From contig JAYWIR010000197.1 in NCBI GenBank assembly GCA_036172245.1, positions 1 to 32,676 of the forward strand: a DNA stretch of 32,676 nucleotides. The letters run 5' to 3'. A program made the position numbers and the translations under genes. The stretch is from Raillietiella orientalis (Eukaryota). Of the stretch, positions 1 through 10,907 are shown piece after piece. The first letter of the stretch is position 1, and every line of letters begins with the position of its first letter. The notes beneath the pieces are model-generated. The model was not told the DNA's origin. It made no database searches and was given only the letters and a program-made list of their open reading frames with translations.

Positions 1-437
1 ACCACCACGGAGCGGTCCATGGATACTGGCAGGATCTTGCGGCCGTCTACGTTCAGCGGCGCATGGATTAGGCGGTGAGCCAAGGTGACATCTTTGCAGA
101 CCACCTCGACCCGCTGCCCGCCGCTGAGGACGGAGAGGCCGTCCAGATCCTTCTCATTAACATTTGCGTCCTTCAACGCTTTGCTGAAGGCGCGCGCTGT
201 CCGGCCGTCGAACAAGTTGCCTACCTGGTAGACAAGCGATGGCTTGTACCCGGAGGCCTTGTATGCGGCCATCTCCGCCATGGCTTCTGCGCTGGGCGCG
301 GCCACCATGGCGCTCCATGTCCTCGGCGTGGCCGGGGATGATTCCGGGGCGGCTGTCCCTGCTCCAGTAGGCTGTGGGGGCGAACTAGCCTCCCCCACTC
401 CCACCTCCATCGCGGTGTCCTCTGGCGTCGTGGCCAT
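1..437 (-). CDS. ORF1 (gag-like nucleic-acid-binding protein), N-terminal part, open to the window edge
   Basis: Manual translation from ATG 437 gives MATTPEDTAMEVG...YKPSLVYQVGNLFDGRTARAF...LSVLSGGQRVEVVCK...ILPVSMDRSVV with no stop. It aligns with ORF1 at 19075 and 13342. Confidence 0.85.
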   Translation of the reverse strand, partial: MATTPEDTAMEVGVGEASSPPQPTGAGTAAPESSPATPRTWSAMVAAPSAEAMAEMAAYKASGYKPSLVYQVGNLFDGRTARAFSKALKDANVNEKDLDGLSVLSGGQRVEVVCKDVTLAHRLIHAPLNVDGRKILPVSMDRSVV

Positions 438-525
438 TGGACACCGAGGATGTACACAAAACACCACACAGAAGAAAAAGCGCTTTCCTACTACTCTTTG
501 GGGAGTGAAGGAAAAACACGTCCTC
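1..525 (-). mobile_element. LINE copy B: 5' end, 5'UTR and start of ORF1 (runs off the window's left edge)
   Basis: The minus strand begins GAGGACGTGTTTTTCC, matching the other four 5' ends, and has the GGTGTCCAATGGC start context. It joins in the same orientation to the ORF1 C-terminal region of copy A. Confidence 0.85.
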
Positions 526-1874
526 CTACTGGCCGCGGAGGGTTCTGGCTGCAACGATGCAGCCAGCTCCTCCGCCGCACGCTCGAAGGCGGCGTCATCG
601 ATCACGGTCTCGATGACGGACGCTTCCGCCGGATCGCGCCCCACGCTGTTGACATTTTCAACAGTGGGTTGCTCGTCGGTAGAAGCGATTTCTTCCTTGC
701 GGCGTTAGGCGGGGAAGCGTTCCACGACGACGCTGCATTCTTTTAATTTCTCGCTAACCTGCCTTTTTTTATTTTGGTAAGCGAGCTTTTTTTCAATTCG
801 TCTTTCTTTCTTCTACTTTGCCTTTTTCTCTGTGGTTTCTTGCCATTTTGACACCTGACCGCTTTTGTCGATCTTTTCCGCATTCGTTGCCGGGGTGTCG
901 GCTGCGTCCTGGACCACGGTTGTGGGTGGCACAGCTTGAGCAGCAGCCTTCGCCGCCAGCCTCTTCTGCAGCAGGCGCGCGCGTTTTTTAAGGTTCCTCG
1001 CGGAAACCACGCGCATAGCGGATTGTTGACACACTTCCTCCGTGTGGCCCATTGTCCCGCATACCTGGCACTGTACATTGAGGCACCTCCTTTTGAGGTG
1101 TCCCGACGTGTTGCAGAAGCCACAGTATTTCGGCTTCCCCTCGTACCAGAGGTCGACACTTTCTTCGCCGACCACCTGTTTGTGGGGAAGGGTCGAGCCC
1201 TCCCGAACGGTTACACGGGCAGCCGTGAGGCCGCACTGAACTGTGGTATAGTCCTCGAAAGGACTAGGCTTGGTCCATACTGCATGGACCGTGCCTTCTT
1301 TTCCCAACGCGGCGCGTAACTGTTCTTTACGCATCCGCGCGGCAACTCCTAAAAGGTGGACTACCATACTGTGATCCGCTGTAATGGGAAGAAGCCTGCG
1401 TGTCCTCATTACCACGGTGGATTTGAGCGAACGTTGGGCCAGATCTGCATGTTTTCAGATCACCTCTACGTATTGCCCCCCGCTACGTATGGTCATAGCG
1501 CAGAGCCCCTCCTCTTTAACATCGAGAGCGCGCATCCCATTCGAAAAGGCGCGCGCACTCTCAGAAGAATACAAATTTCCTACCTTGTAGAATAGTAATG
1601 GGTTATACCCCTCTTCTACATAGGCAGATAATTCCGCCGCGGCTGCAGGCAATGGCGCCGACACGACGGCGCTTAACGCCCGCGCTGCAGCGGGGACCAG
1701 TTTTCTGGGGGCGAACGCCCCTACCACCTTCGCCACTGGAGGCGACGTTGATGCCGCCCCCTGGCACTCCAACTTTTCAATAGGCGACGTTGCCGCCGCC
1801 ACCTGGCACTCCATTTCTTCAGGAGGCGACGTTGCCACCGCCCCCTGACACGCACTGGTGGTCGTGTCAGCCAT
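526..1874 (-). pseudogene. ORF1 of copy A with two CX2CX4HX4C zinc knuckles
   Basis: ORFs 1455-1898 and 813-1415 share a frame split by a TGA. Knuckles are CGFCNTSGHLKRRC and CQVCGTMGHTEEVC, and there is a further stop at 813. Confidence 0.85.
1725..1850 (-). repeat. 3 x 42-bp coding tandem repeat in the ORF1 N-terminus
   Basis: CQGAVATSPPEEME / CQVAAATSPIEKLE / CQGAASTSPPVAKV. Confidence 0.8.
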
Positions 1875-1960
1875 TGCTGCCTGATCGACCACCACCACAC
1901 ACGAAGCCTATACCTAGGGACGGTTCCCGGCACGAGGAGCATCTAGGAAACACGTCGGCT

Positions 1961-4125
1961 CTAACCGACGTAAAGCGTTCGATTGCGTCGACCAGGAGCT
2001 CCTTCTGGAGCTCTTGGAACGCTTGGGATTCCCGGCCGTCTTCCGTGCTTACCTGCGCTATTGCTGGCTCTTGGCTCTAATAAACATCTCTTTTAGCGGC
2101 CGGCACATGTGCGGCGTGCCGGTTCGGCGTGGCATAAGGCAGGGTGACAGTCTAAGCCCCTTGCTCTTCAGCATCTACTTCGAGCTGGTGCTGAGGGCAT
2201 ACAGGGAGTCTCTGGCAACCCTGCCAAGCTCGTGTCCCGGCACGCCCGGTCTACGCCGACGACCTTCTGCTCCTGCTCCCCGGGTCCACCCCGGCGTCGG
2301 CGCTCGGAGATTTCTTTGAGTTGCTGCGCCGCACGACGGGCCTCGAGGTGAACAGAGATAAATCTTCCATCGTTCCAACATCACCACTACTTTTAAACAA
2401 TACGGCGTGGGCCGGACGCCGGACTGGATCCGCTTGGGGATTCCCACGGGCAGGTGCTTCAAGTACCTTGGCGTTCCGTTGGAGGACTTCTGCGTTGCAG
2501 AAGCCTGGTCTGACCGTCTCCAAAAGGTGGAGTTGGCGATCGGCCCGTTCCAGAACGGCAAGTTTTACTTGCAGGAGGGGGCCGCGGTGTGGGACGCGTT
2601 CGCGGCCTCCCTCCTTCGCCCCTTACTTTTTGTTTGCCTCGCCCCTCCCATCATACAGAGACGGACCAAAGCCCTCTTGAGGACTGCCCTTTGGGGCACA
2701 GCGAGGTCGCGGGTCCGATTGAAAGACTTGTGCGCTCCACGAAGGGATGGTGGCTTGGGCCTCCTTACGTTGGAGCGCATCAAACTACAGACGACACTTC
2801 GAAAGTTATCCCTTGCGGCTAGCTTATGGATGACGCCATGGTGCGATCCGGCACGGCTCCTCGCCAGAAGAGCGACCGGTTGCGAAGGATTGTCCTCGAT
2901 TCTCGTGGCCTACCAGCGCAGCCTCTCCAGCTGTGACCCCGATTTGCGTTAGATGGTCGCGCTGATGTGAGAGAATATTTGGATCTCCTGCCTTCCCGCG
3001 AACTGCACTGCCTGGCTTCAGGAGTCAGCTTCCGCGTGGGCTAAGATCAACGGCACGAGCAAAGCGGAATACAACTGCCTACGACGAGGACCGTACGCTC
3101 GACAGGCGCTGCAGGAGATTATCAACACGCCCCGGAAGTTTCTGTGGGCCTCTTTCAGTCCCCTTGCCCCCGTTCTGTCCTCCCTAAAAAACACTAGGAG
3201 CAGCAACGAGCTGGCATCGTGGGAAGTGTCCTGCTTCATCCGAGGCAGGAAAAAACCTTTAAAGGCGTGGACGACTCGGGAGCTCACGGACGCTGCCACC
3301 CCGAGCGTCCCGCCTGACGGACTTGCGCGCTGGGTAGAGCTGCTCGCAATACCTTCGGAGGAGGTGAAGTGGCCCTTAGCGTGTTGAGATTGCGGCACAC
3401 TATCGTTGAAGTGGCAGGAGACGGCGTTGCTATTTCTGCACTGGAGACTGTTAAGCAGAGCACGCCTGTCTCACTGGACACTGGAGAATGTGGATGCCCG
3501 CTGTGTCGAGTGCGGAGAAAGAGAAACCTTCCCACATCTCACCCTCGAGTGTGTCGTCCTGGATGGACTCTGGAGTCGAATCGCCCCAATCCTCCATCTT
3601 CCATTAGGCGACCCTAAGGAAATTTACCGTCGCCTCTTTCTGCGTGACGGCCTGCGCCCCGCTGCGTCTCTAGCAGTCCTCTGCTGCGTGCGCGGCATTG
3701 TGCAAAGGTGGCACGCCAGAAGAAGAGGCCCAAGATGCAGGGACGTCATCCACTGGACGACGATCTCTTTAGAGACGGCGGCAAGGTGGCGTCTACCTTT
3801 CACAATAAAAACCGAACTTGACTGCATCCTCAAGAGGATGCGGAGGACCGTCCCAGGCGCCCAGTGATCCCTTCCCTGCCTCATCCCTCTCCCCATATAA
3901 CTGTTTTCCTCCCCGTTATCTCCCTTTTTGTTTGTTATTTTTCTAGTTTTCCCTTCCCATGCGCCTCGGGAATGGACCTAACCGGTCTATGCACCGGCAA
4001 CCGACACGTCGAGCAAGGTGGGAGAACCCAGTGTTTCTTCACAGATAACATCTTTTAAAAGACTTTATTATCTAATTTTTGTAAAAAATTAGAATAATAA
4101 ATGCCCCGGCATATCCGGGTGAAAA
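1961..4125 (+). mobile_element. LINE copy C: 5'-truncated, RT to 3' end
   Basis: Starts at KAFDCVDQ and ends with AATAAATGCCCCGGCATATCCGGGTGAAAA. Possible 9-bp TSD ACGTCGGCT at 1952-1960 and 4126-4134. Confidence 0.85.
1972..3867 (+). pseudogene. ORF2 remnant (RT motifs, thumb, CCHC finger)
   Basis: GIRQGDSLSPLLF, YADD near 2253, FKYLGVP, GGLGL and CVECGERETFPHLTLEC, with several stops and a frameshift. Confidence 0.9.
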
Positions 4126-5113
4126 ACGTCGGCTGGAGCCGAGCATTCCCGGTCCTGGTCGTCGAGCAGAACTGTCGCCCGTGACTGCCAGACCTGGAGC
4201 TCGGCTTTGGCCTTGTACTCGGGTAATCGACCAACGTCCGCGCACCTGGAAAAAAAGCGGGCCTGCAGAAAATCTCTTCGGTTGGCTACGCCCTATTCCG
4301 AAGCCTCGCGGAAGCTAGTGCAAGGGAAACCGGCAGCAGAACTCGCGGACCGATCTTTTCAGATCGTCTTATTCCTCGATTTCACTTATGGCAATGCCAA
4401 GAAGGTACTGGCAAAGATGCTCAGATGCCTCCAGGTGGCTTAGCCAGTCTGCCGGCATCCTCCAAAAACAGTTTGGAGGCCCCTTGCCTGGCGGGTGCAA
4501 CTCGAACTCAAGCCTGTTGTGGTCTGAAAGCAGGGACGGCACGGGACCTCTCCGACTCACTCAAGAGAGCAAGTGTTCATCAAGGTATACGTGGTCCGGC
4601 GTTGCTGCCATAACAAGGTCGCTAGCGAACAAGTTCCACGCGTGCACGGACGCGCACATCTCTTCCGTTAGCAACTCTTCCCTTTTGTGGGATCTATTCT
4701 CGGAAAGCAGATGGACGTTAGAGTCCCCCGCAATGGGATGGGCCACAGTAGGGTGGAATCGAGTGAGATACTGTCTTTGAACGGAACCGAAAACTCAATC
4801 CTTTCGGCCCATCGTCCAGCTCCGCTTGGCGCGTACACGTTTGTTACGACAAGGTCGATCGAGTCGTACCACTTGAGTACAAGCTGTCCCACTCGGGCTT
4901 CCGTGTCGTTCCAAGACGTCACGGCAACACGACGAGAAGACGCGATTGCCCTCATCACGGCTGGGAAAGCGAGGCCGTGGTGCTCGCCTCACCCGGCGAG
5001 CGGGCAGTAAGCAGCACGACGGGCTGGAGGGCGCGGTCGCCACCGGCCTCAACTGTGCTGCACGTAATCGTGTGCTCCTCCCCGGGTGCAGAAACTGTGG
5101 GTTCCGGGGTGAG
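4126..5113 (-). mobile_element. LINE fragment D: ORF1 C-terminus and endonuclease (decayed, internally deleted)
   Basis: MRAIASSRRVAVTSWN, RVGQLVLKW, NVYAP, GDSN, PDHVYLD and LSDH. ORF1 stop and ORF2 start overlap as TGATG at 4957-4953. Confidence 0.85.
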
Positions 5114-7744
5114 TTTCCACCCGGATATGCCGGGGCATTTATTTAAAATGAAGAAAAGCGCAATACATTATCGAGTTGAGAACCCGAGGTTTCACCACAC
5201 CAAAACAGCTTTCTGGCTGCCGGCACTATGCCGGCGAGGTCCTTCCAATGTGCGGGGGTTGGGAAAGGAAAAAACAAAAACAAACAAAAAGTTGAAATGT
5301 GGGAGGAAACAAATGTTTCAGGGGTGGGAGGGCAGGGAAGGGATCACTGTGCACGGGATAGGTCTTCTAGATTCTATTCAGGATCGGGACAAGCTGAGTC
5401 CTCTCTGCGCCTAAGTAGCGCAACTTGCAAACAGCTCGCACGAATAGGCGAGTGAAACGTAAGGCGTTGCCAGTTGGCTGACGTCTTCTCCTGGTGGCGC
5501 TCCAAGCCGCCACGATCCCTCGAATGCAGCAAAGGACTGCTACAGAAGCGGGGGGGGACAAGGCGTCACGACAGAAGAGGCGTCTGAGAACGTCCTTAGG
5601 GTCACATCCGCGCAAATCCAGGATCGCCGCAAGGCGATCCCATGAAAAGCGAATGGCACCACACTCCAGAAGAAGGTGGGGAAAGGTCTCTTTTTCCCCG
5701 CACCGGTCGCACTGGGGATCCACAGCTCCCCGGGTTGAGTGATACAAGCGTGCTTTACAGGGTAAGCCACAATGTATTACAAGCAACGCTACCTCCTGCC
5801 ATTTAAGGGGGAGGGATCCACTGTTCCAGGACGCTGAAGGCCACTTCATCTCCTCCGAAGATAGTCCGAGTAGCTCGCCCCAGCGTCGAATTCCGTAAGG
5901 CGGGACACTCGGCGTCGCAGCGTCCGCTAGCTGCCGAGATAACCATGCCTTTATCGGTTGTGTCCTGCCGCCAATGGTGCAGGACACGGTCCATTTCCCC
6001 AGCTTCCTACTGTCCCTGGCGTTTATTAGGAAGGGCAGCACTGGGGCAAGGAGGGTTATCAGGGCCCACAGAAGCTTGTCGTGGGACTGCACGATCTCCT
6101 GCAGCGTCCACCGGGCGTGCCTTTTTAGGCAAGTGTTTCTTGTGCCCGCCGGAACGTGGATCTTTACCCAGGTGGACACTAACTCGTGCAGCCATGCAGA
6201 ATAGTTCCCTGGGAGGCAGGAGATCCAGGCGTTCTCCCGTACCACAACGCACATGCGACGCAGGAGAAAGCCGCCTTGTGCTTCTCTGCGATCGCGCACC
6301 AGCAGAGACGACAACAGTCCATCGAATCCGCAGGCTCGTTGGGCCAGGAGGCGTGCTGGAACGCACCAAGGCGTGTCCCACGATTCTGCCGCGAGGGCGA
6401 GAGCCCGAAAGCGGAGTTGTAATTCCATGCGCTCCAGCGTAAGTACGCCAAGTCCTCCGTACTTACGTGGAGCGCACAAGTCTTTGAGCCTCACACGGGA
6501 ACTCCCTTTGCCCCAAAGGACTGTCCTCAGGAAGCCCGCTGCTCTTTTTCGGATAAAATGGGGGGCGGGGTACACAAAAAGTAGGGGGCTGAGAAGGGAA
6601 GCCGCAAACGTGTTCCACACCGCGGCCCGTTCTTGCAAGTAGGACTTGCGTTCTTGGAACGGACCGATCGCCAACGCTGCCTTTTGGAGACGGTCGGACT
6701 AGAATTCTGCTGCGCAGAAGTCCCCCGACGGAACGCCGAGGTACTTGAAACACCTGCCCGTGGGGATCCCATAGCGGATCCAGTCCGACCGTCCAGCCCA
6801 CGCCGAGCCAAGATACACCATGGACGACTCCGCCCTGTTCACCTCCAGGCCCGTCCCACGGTGCAGCAACTCGAAGAAGTCCTCGAGCGCACTCGCCGAA
6901 GTGGACCCGGGAAGGAGCAGCAGAAGATCGTCTGCATAGGCCGACACGGCAGGTGTGCCGGCACACGAGCTCGGCAGGGTTGCCAGAGTTGCCCTGTATG
7001 CCCTTAGCACCAACTCGAAGTAGATGCTGAAGAGCAAGGGGATCTGGCTGTCACCCTGCTGGATGCCGCGGCGCACGGGCACGCCGTACACGTGACGGCC
7101 GCTGAAAAACATATTAATAGACGCGATGCGCCAGCAAGAGCGCAGGTAAGACTGGAGCACAGCCGGGATAATCATGCGTTCCAGGAGCTCCAGAAGGAGA
7201 TCCTGGTCCACACAGTCGGATGCTTTGTGCAAATCGACCGCGACGGCAAAGGTTAACGCCGAGTCCATCCCACCCTCTGCTTGATCTTCTTGGTCAGAGG
7301 GGAGTGCGAGGCTCCCTTGACCATCCTGTGCAACGCGTTGTCGCAACTGCCACCATGACCTGGCGAGGAGCAGATTGGCCTCCATGGTTCATCTGGAACA
7401 GCGTAGGTCTGCTCGGGACTCACCACGGATGCGGCCACCCGAAACAAACGCTCAGACCACAACCTGGCATACTACTTTGCGTCCGCATTCACTACTGTGA
7501 TGGGACGCCTGTTGTCAATGTTGCGTAAGTCTCCTGATTTCGGCAGGAGACGTACTTTTGCTGACCGGAACGAGGCGGGAACTTCGCCGTGTTCGCGAAT
7601 CAGCGTACTTTGTCTGAGCAAAAGGGGGGAAAGCTCTGGCGGGAAGTGTTTGTAAAACTCCGCGGGCAGGCCGTCCTCCCATGGTGCCTTCCTCATCTTT
7701 ATCTTGCTGATGGCGGAGATGATCTCCGTCATTATAAACGGTTC
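5114..7744 (-). mobile_element. LINE copy I: 5'-truncated, RT to 3' end
   Basis: 3' terminal motif at 5114-5143. RT homology extends to EPFI near 7744. Confidence 0.85.
5344..7744 (-). pseudogene. ORF2 remnant (RT and CCHC finger)
   Basis: KAPWEDGLPAEFY, RPITVVNADAK, AVDLHKASD, QGD, SAYADDL, FKYLG and CDRCGEKETFPHLLLEC, broken by stops and frameshifts. Confidence 0.9.
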
Positions 7745-10251
7745 CGCTGCACGCAGAATCCCCGACGGAGAATATTCTCTCTGAGATACTCCTGTCTCAG
7801 GATGCTCGTGTTGTCGGCGAGGAGGAACGCAAACGTCTCAACAAGCCCTTCACGGCGGATGAATTTTCGTCCGCCATCGCTAGGCTGAAGAGACGAAAGG
7901 CGTTAAGCGAGGATGGGCTCCCTGCAGAGTTCCATCAGTGCTTTGCAGTGGAGCTCATTCCCTTGATGCTGAGACTCGCGACGCTGATAAGTGAATCCGG
8001 GAATGTCCCGGATTCCTTCCGCTCTGCGAAAATGCGTCTCCTGCCAAAAGGCGGAGACTTGCTCCGACTTAACAACTGGCGTCCGATCACCTTGGTGAAC
8101 TCGGACGTCAAGTTATTTTCCAAGCTGTGGGTCGCGCGGTTAGGAAGTATCGCGGAATCTGTGGTGAGCCCGGAACAAACCTACGCGGTTCCGGGACGAT
8201 CCATGGAGGCGAACATCCTTTTCGCGCGTACATGGATGCAGCTGCAGGAAGTTGTGGCGCAGAAAAGCCAGGCTGCTGCGAAAGTCACTGCCGCAGGCAA
8301 GAAGAACAGGCGCCGACGGCAGGAGGGAACGCCAGGTGCCTTGGCGGTCGCGGTCGATCTCCACAAGGCGTACAACTGAGTAATCCAGAAGTTGCTTTTG
8401 GAGATTATGGAACGCCTTGGGTTCCCGGCGCAACTCCTGCTGTATTTGCGCGCGTGCTGGCGCCACGCGCTAACCTGCATCACTTTCAGCGGCTGCCGCG
8501 TGTATGGTATTCCCATGCGTAGGGGCATCCGACAGAGCGACAGCTTAAGCCCGTTGCCCTTCAGCATCTACTTTGAGTTCGTGCTTAGAGCATACAGGCT
8601 GACGCTGTCTCACTTGCCAAGCTCCTGCCCGGGAACGCCTGCCGTGGCCGCCTACGCTGATGACCTGCTTCTTCTGCTCCCCATGTCCACCCCGGCGTCC
8701 AGTGTCGAGGATTTCTTCGACCTGATTCGTCGGGGAGCGGGCGTGAGCGTGAACAGAGAGAAGAGCGTGGTCGTTCCTGTGGGTACGTCGTGGGAGGGGC
8801 AGTCCGACTGGATCCGCCTCGAGATCCCCACGGGCGGGTACTTTAAGTACCTTGGCGTTCCGTTGGGCGCTTTCGGCGCAGCCGAAGCGTGGGCGGACTG
8901 TCTTCAGAAAGCAGAGTTGGCCATCAGCCCGTTCTTTAACGGCAAGTTTACCTCGCAGGAACGGGCGACTATTTGGAACACCTTTGTGGTCCCCCTCCTC
9001 CGTCCCCTGTTTTTTGTTTTAAACCGCCCCTATGCGGCAAAACAGCGGGCAAAACGCCTGCTCAGGAACGCTCTCTGGGGACCTGCGAGATCCAGGATCG
9101 GCCTTAAAGATTTGTTAGCTCCGCGTCGGGATGCTGGTTTGGGTATCCTGACAATGGAGCGAATCGGACTGGAGGTGCAGTTCCGACTGCTGGCACTGTG
9201 TGTCCAGCTATGGACATCCCTCCTGTGTGTGCCAGCCTGCATTCTCCTGCGGAGATGCGCCGGCAGCGGAGGATTTCTCTCGCTTTTGCCGGGCACTCAA
9301 TACAGGAAGCGGGGTTCCAGGTTTCCATTGCGGCATTTGACCGCACTTCTGGAAGCTCACTAGTGGATCTCCTGCCGACCAATGTACTTTGAATCTTGGC
9401 GGTAGGAGTCTGTTGCATCCTAAGCAAAGTTCCAAGGAATACGCCCTGAAGATCTTCGCCCCCTGCGCCAATTTTTTCCACGATCCTTGGAAGAAGTACT
9501 GCAGGACGAGGTGAAGTTTTCTACCCTGGCTGCCACGCCTCTTGCCGCAGCGCTGTCTGCCCTCAGAGCAAGAAAGGACCGTTGCCAACAGGCGAGGTGG
9601 GAGGTTTTCTGCACGATAGCGGAAAAAACCACACTCCTTGGCGCCTGAAAGACGAGTGAGTTGGCGGACGCCGCCACTCCTCGTGTTACTGCAAAGGGAC
9701 TCCTCCGGTGGGCAGAAGAACTTGCTGTCACCCCCGAAGAACTTGTAGTCCCTCCACAGTGTATTGACAGTTCGCTGCTCCCGCTTGCTTGGGAACAAGC
9801 CGTGGTGCTTTTCGTTCACTGGGGTTTTCAGTGCAACGAGAGGTGGCATCTTGAATCCGGGGGACTTGCGTTTGCGAACTGCGTTCGGTGCGGATAGACG
9901 GAGTCGATTGTGCACCTACTTCTGGACTGCGGTGTCCTACAAGGACTGTGGCGTAGGCTAAAAACAGCACTATTGCATCCCGTGGACACCGCAAGAGACT
10001 TGCTGCGACGATTCTTCTCGCCGAGCGGGCTGTCCTTAAGCGCAAGGATGGCAACCATCGGTTGCATACGCGCGATGGTTTCTGTCCGCCAGGCGTTCGT
10101 AATCAACGGAAAGCACCAAGGGGTAATCAGCAAAGCATCCTTCTACATGGAAGCATCCGCTAGATGGCCTCATTTGACAGAGGAGACAAAAAGGAATCTC
10201 GCCGCAATACACCGCCGGTTTACACACGCTCAGCAGCGGCCAACCCAGTGA
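7745..10251 (+). pseudogene. ORF2 remnant (RT and CCHC finger)
   Basis: DGLPAEF, NWRPITLVNSDVK, AVDLHKAYN, AAYADDL, YFKYLG and CVRCG*TESIVHLLLDC, with multiple in-frame stops. Confidence 0.9.
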
Positions 10252-10565
10252 TCATTGCCCTACCCTCGATAAACTAATTTTGTATTTTGTTTTTACACCC
10301 GCGTCCCCATAGGCTCCGGAACATTTTAGGTTCTCATCGTATAAATCCCCGTGAGTACGGAGCCTAACCAAAAATCCGTTACCCTTCCCTCCAGTTTTTG
10401 ATTTTTGTTTGTTTCCCCTCATTCCTTCCACGCTGCGAGCTGTTTGTTTAGCAGGCCTGCGTGCCGGTAATTTTTCTATGTTCCCTGTCGTTCTGTTGGT
10501 TGAGGACATTGTCCCTGACCAGTTTATTATTATTAATAAACGCCCCGGCGTGTCCGGAAGATAAA
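7745..10565 (+). mobile_element. LINE copy J: 5'-truncated, RT to 3' end (divergent subfamily)
   Basis: Head-to-head with copy I. 3' motif AATAAACGCCCCGGCGTGTCCGGAAG starts at 10535. Confidence 0.85.
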
Positions 10566-10907
10566 TTTCAATCTCCGCCTGCTAACAGGTGAGCCGAAAA
10601 CACAAGTGAATGCTATGAACGAGTTGTGCCCCGCCATGCGTGCGCGGAACTTGTTCGCGGGTGAGAGGGGAATGGTCCGCAGCATCGACCACGTCTTCCT
10701 CGACGCTGACCTGTGTTCACGGGTCGGCAAACCGAAGAGGGTTGCATCGACGTTGTCGGACCATTCCCGGTTAATTTTCGAGATGCGGACTCGCGACAAG
10801 GGACCGCCATCCAGGGATTGGCGTCTGCCGGGGGACTGGACGCGACTCTCAGGTGCGAAGGAACACCTTTGCGAATTTTTGAGAGGCGTCACGCTCCAGA
10901 GTCTCTG
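10566..10907 (+). mobile_element. LINE fragment K: C-terminal half of the endonuclease
   Basis: FNLRLLTGEP, SIDHVFLD, TLSDHSRL and WRLPGDW, bounded on both sides by 3' ends of other copies. Confidence 0.85.

Larger units (their letters stand above)
526..1959 (-). mobile_element. LINE copy A: 5' end plus most of ORF1 (divergent subfamily)
   Basis: 5' terminus GCCGACGTGTTTCC at 1959. ORF1 homology continues down to DDAAFERAAEELA near 560-620. Confidence 0.85.

Noticed and set aside
1972..4125. Fungal RIP signature
   Set aside because: The copies stay GC-rich and the sister pair C/H remains near-identical, with no evident wholesale C-to-T conversion. This was not quantified.
3868..4125. Self-cleaving ribozyme, tRNA or snRNA in the UTR
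   Set aside because: I could not find hammerhead (CUGANGA/GAAA), HDV, cloverleaf or recognisable snRNA patterns by eye. An Rfam search would be needed to exclude them fully.
5100..7746. GGTTCCG at 5100-5106 and 7740-7746 as a TSD of copy I
   Set aside because: The left copy is about 7 nt away from the 3' terminus, and the right one overlaps the element's own EPF codons.
7730..7760. Twin-priming 5' inversion
   Set aside because: The two arms belong to different subfamilies, cover the same ORF2 region and each has its own 3' end.
7948..10251. Alternative genetic code or programmed readthrough explaining the in-frame stops
   Set aside because: The stops are of all three types, fall at different positions in sister copies and co-occur with frameshifts, as expected for neutral decay.
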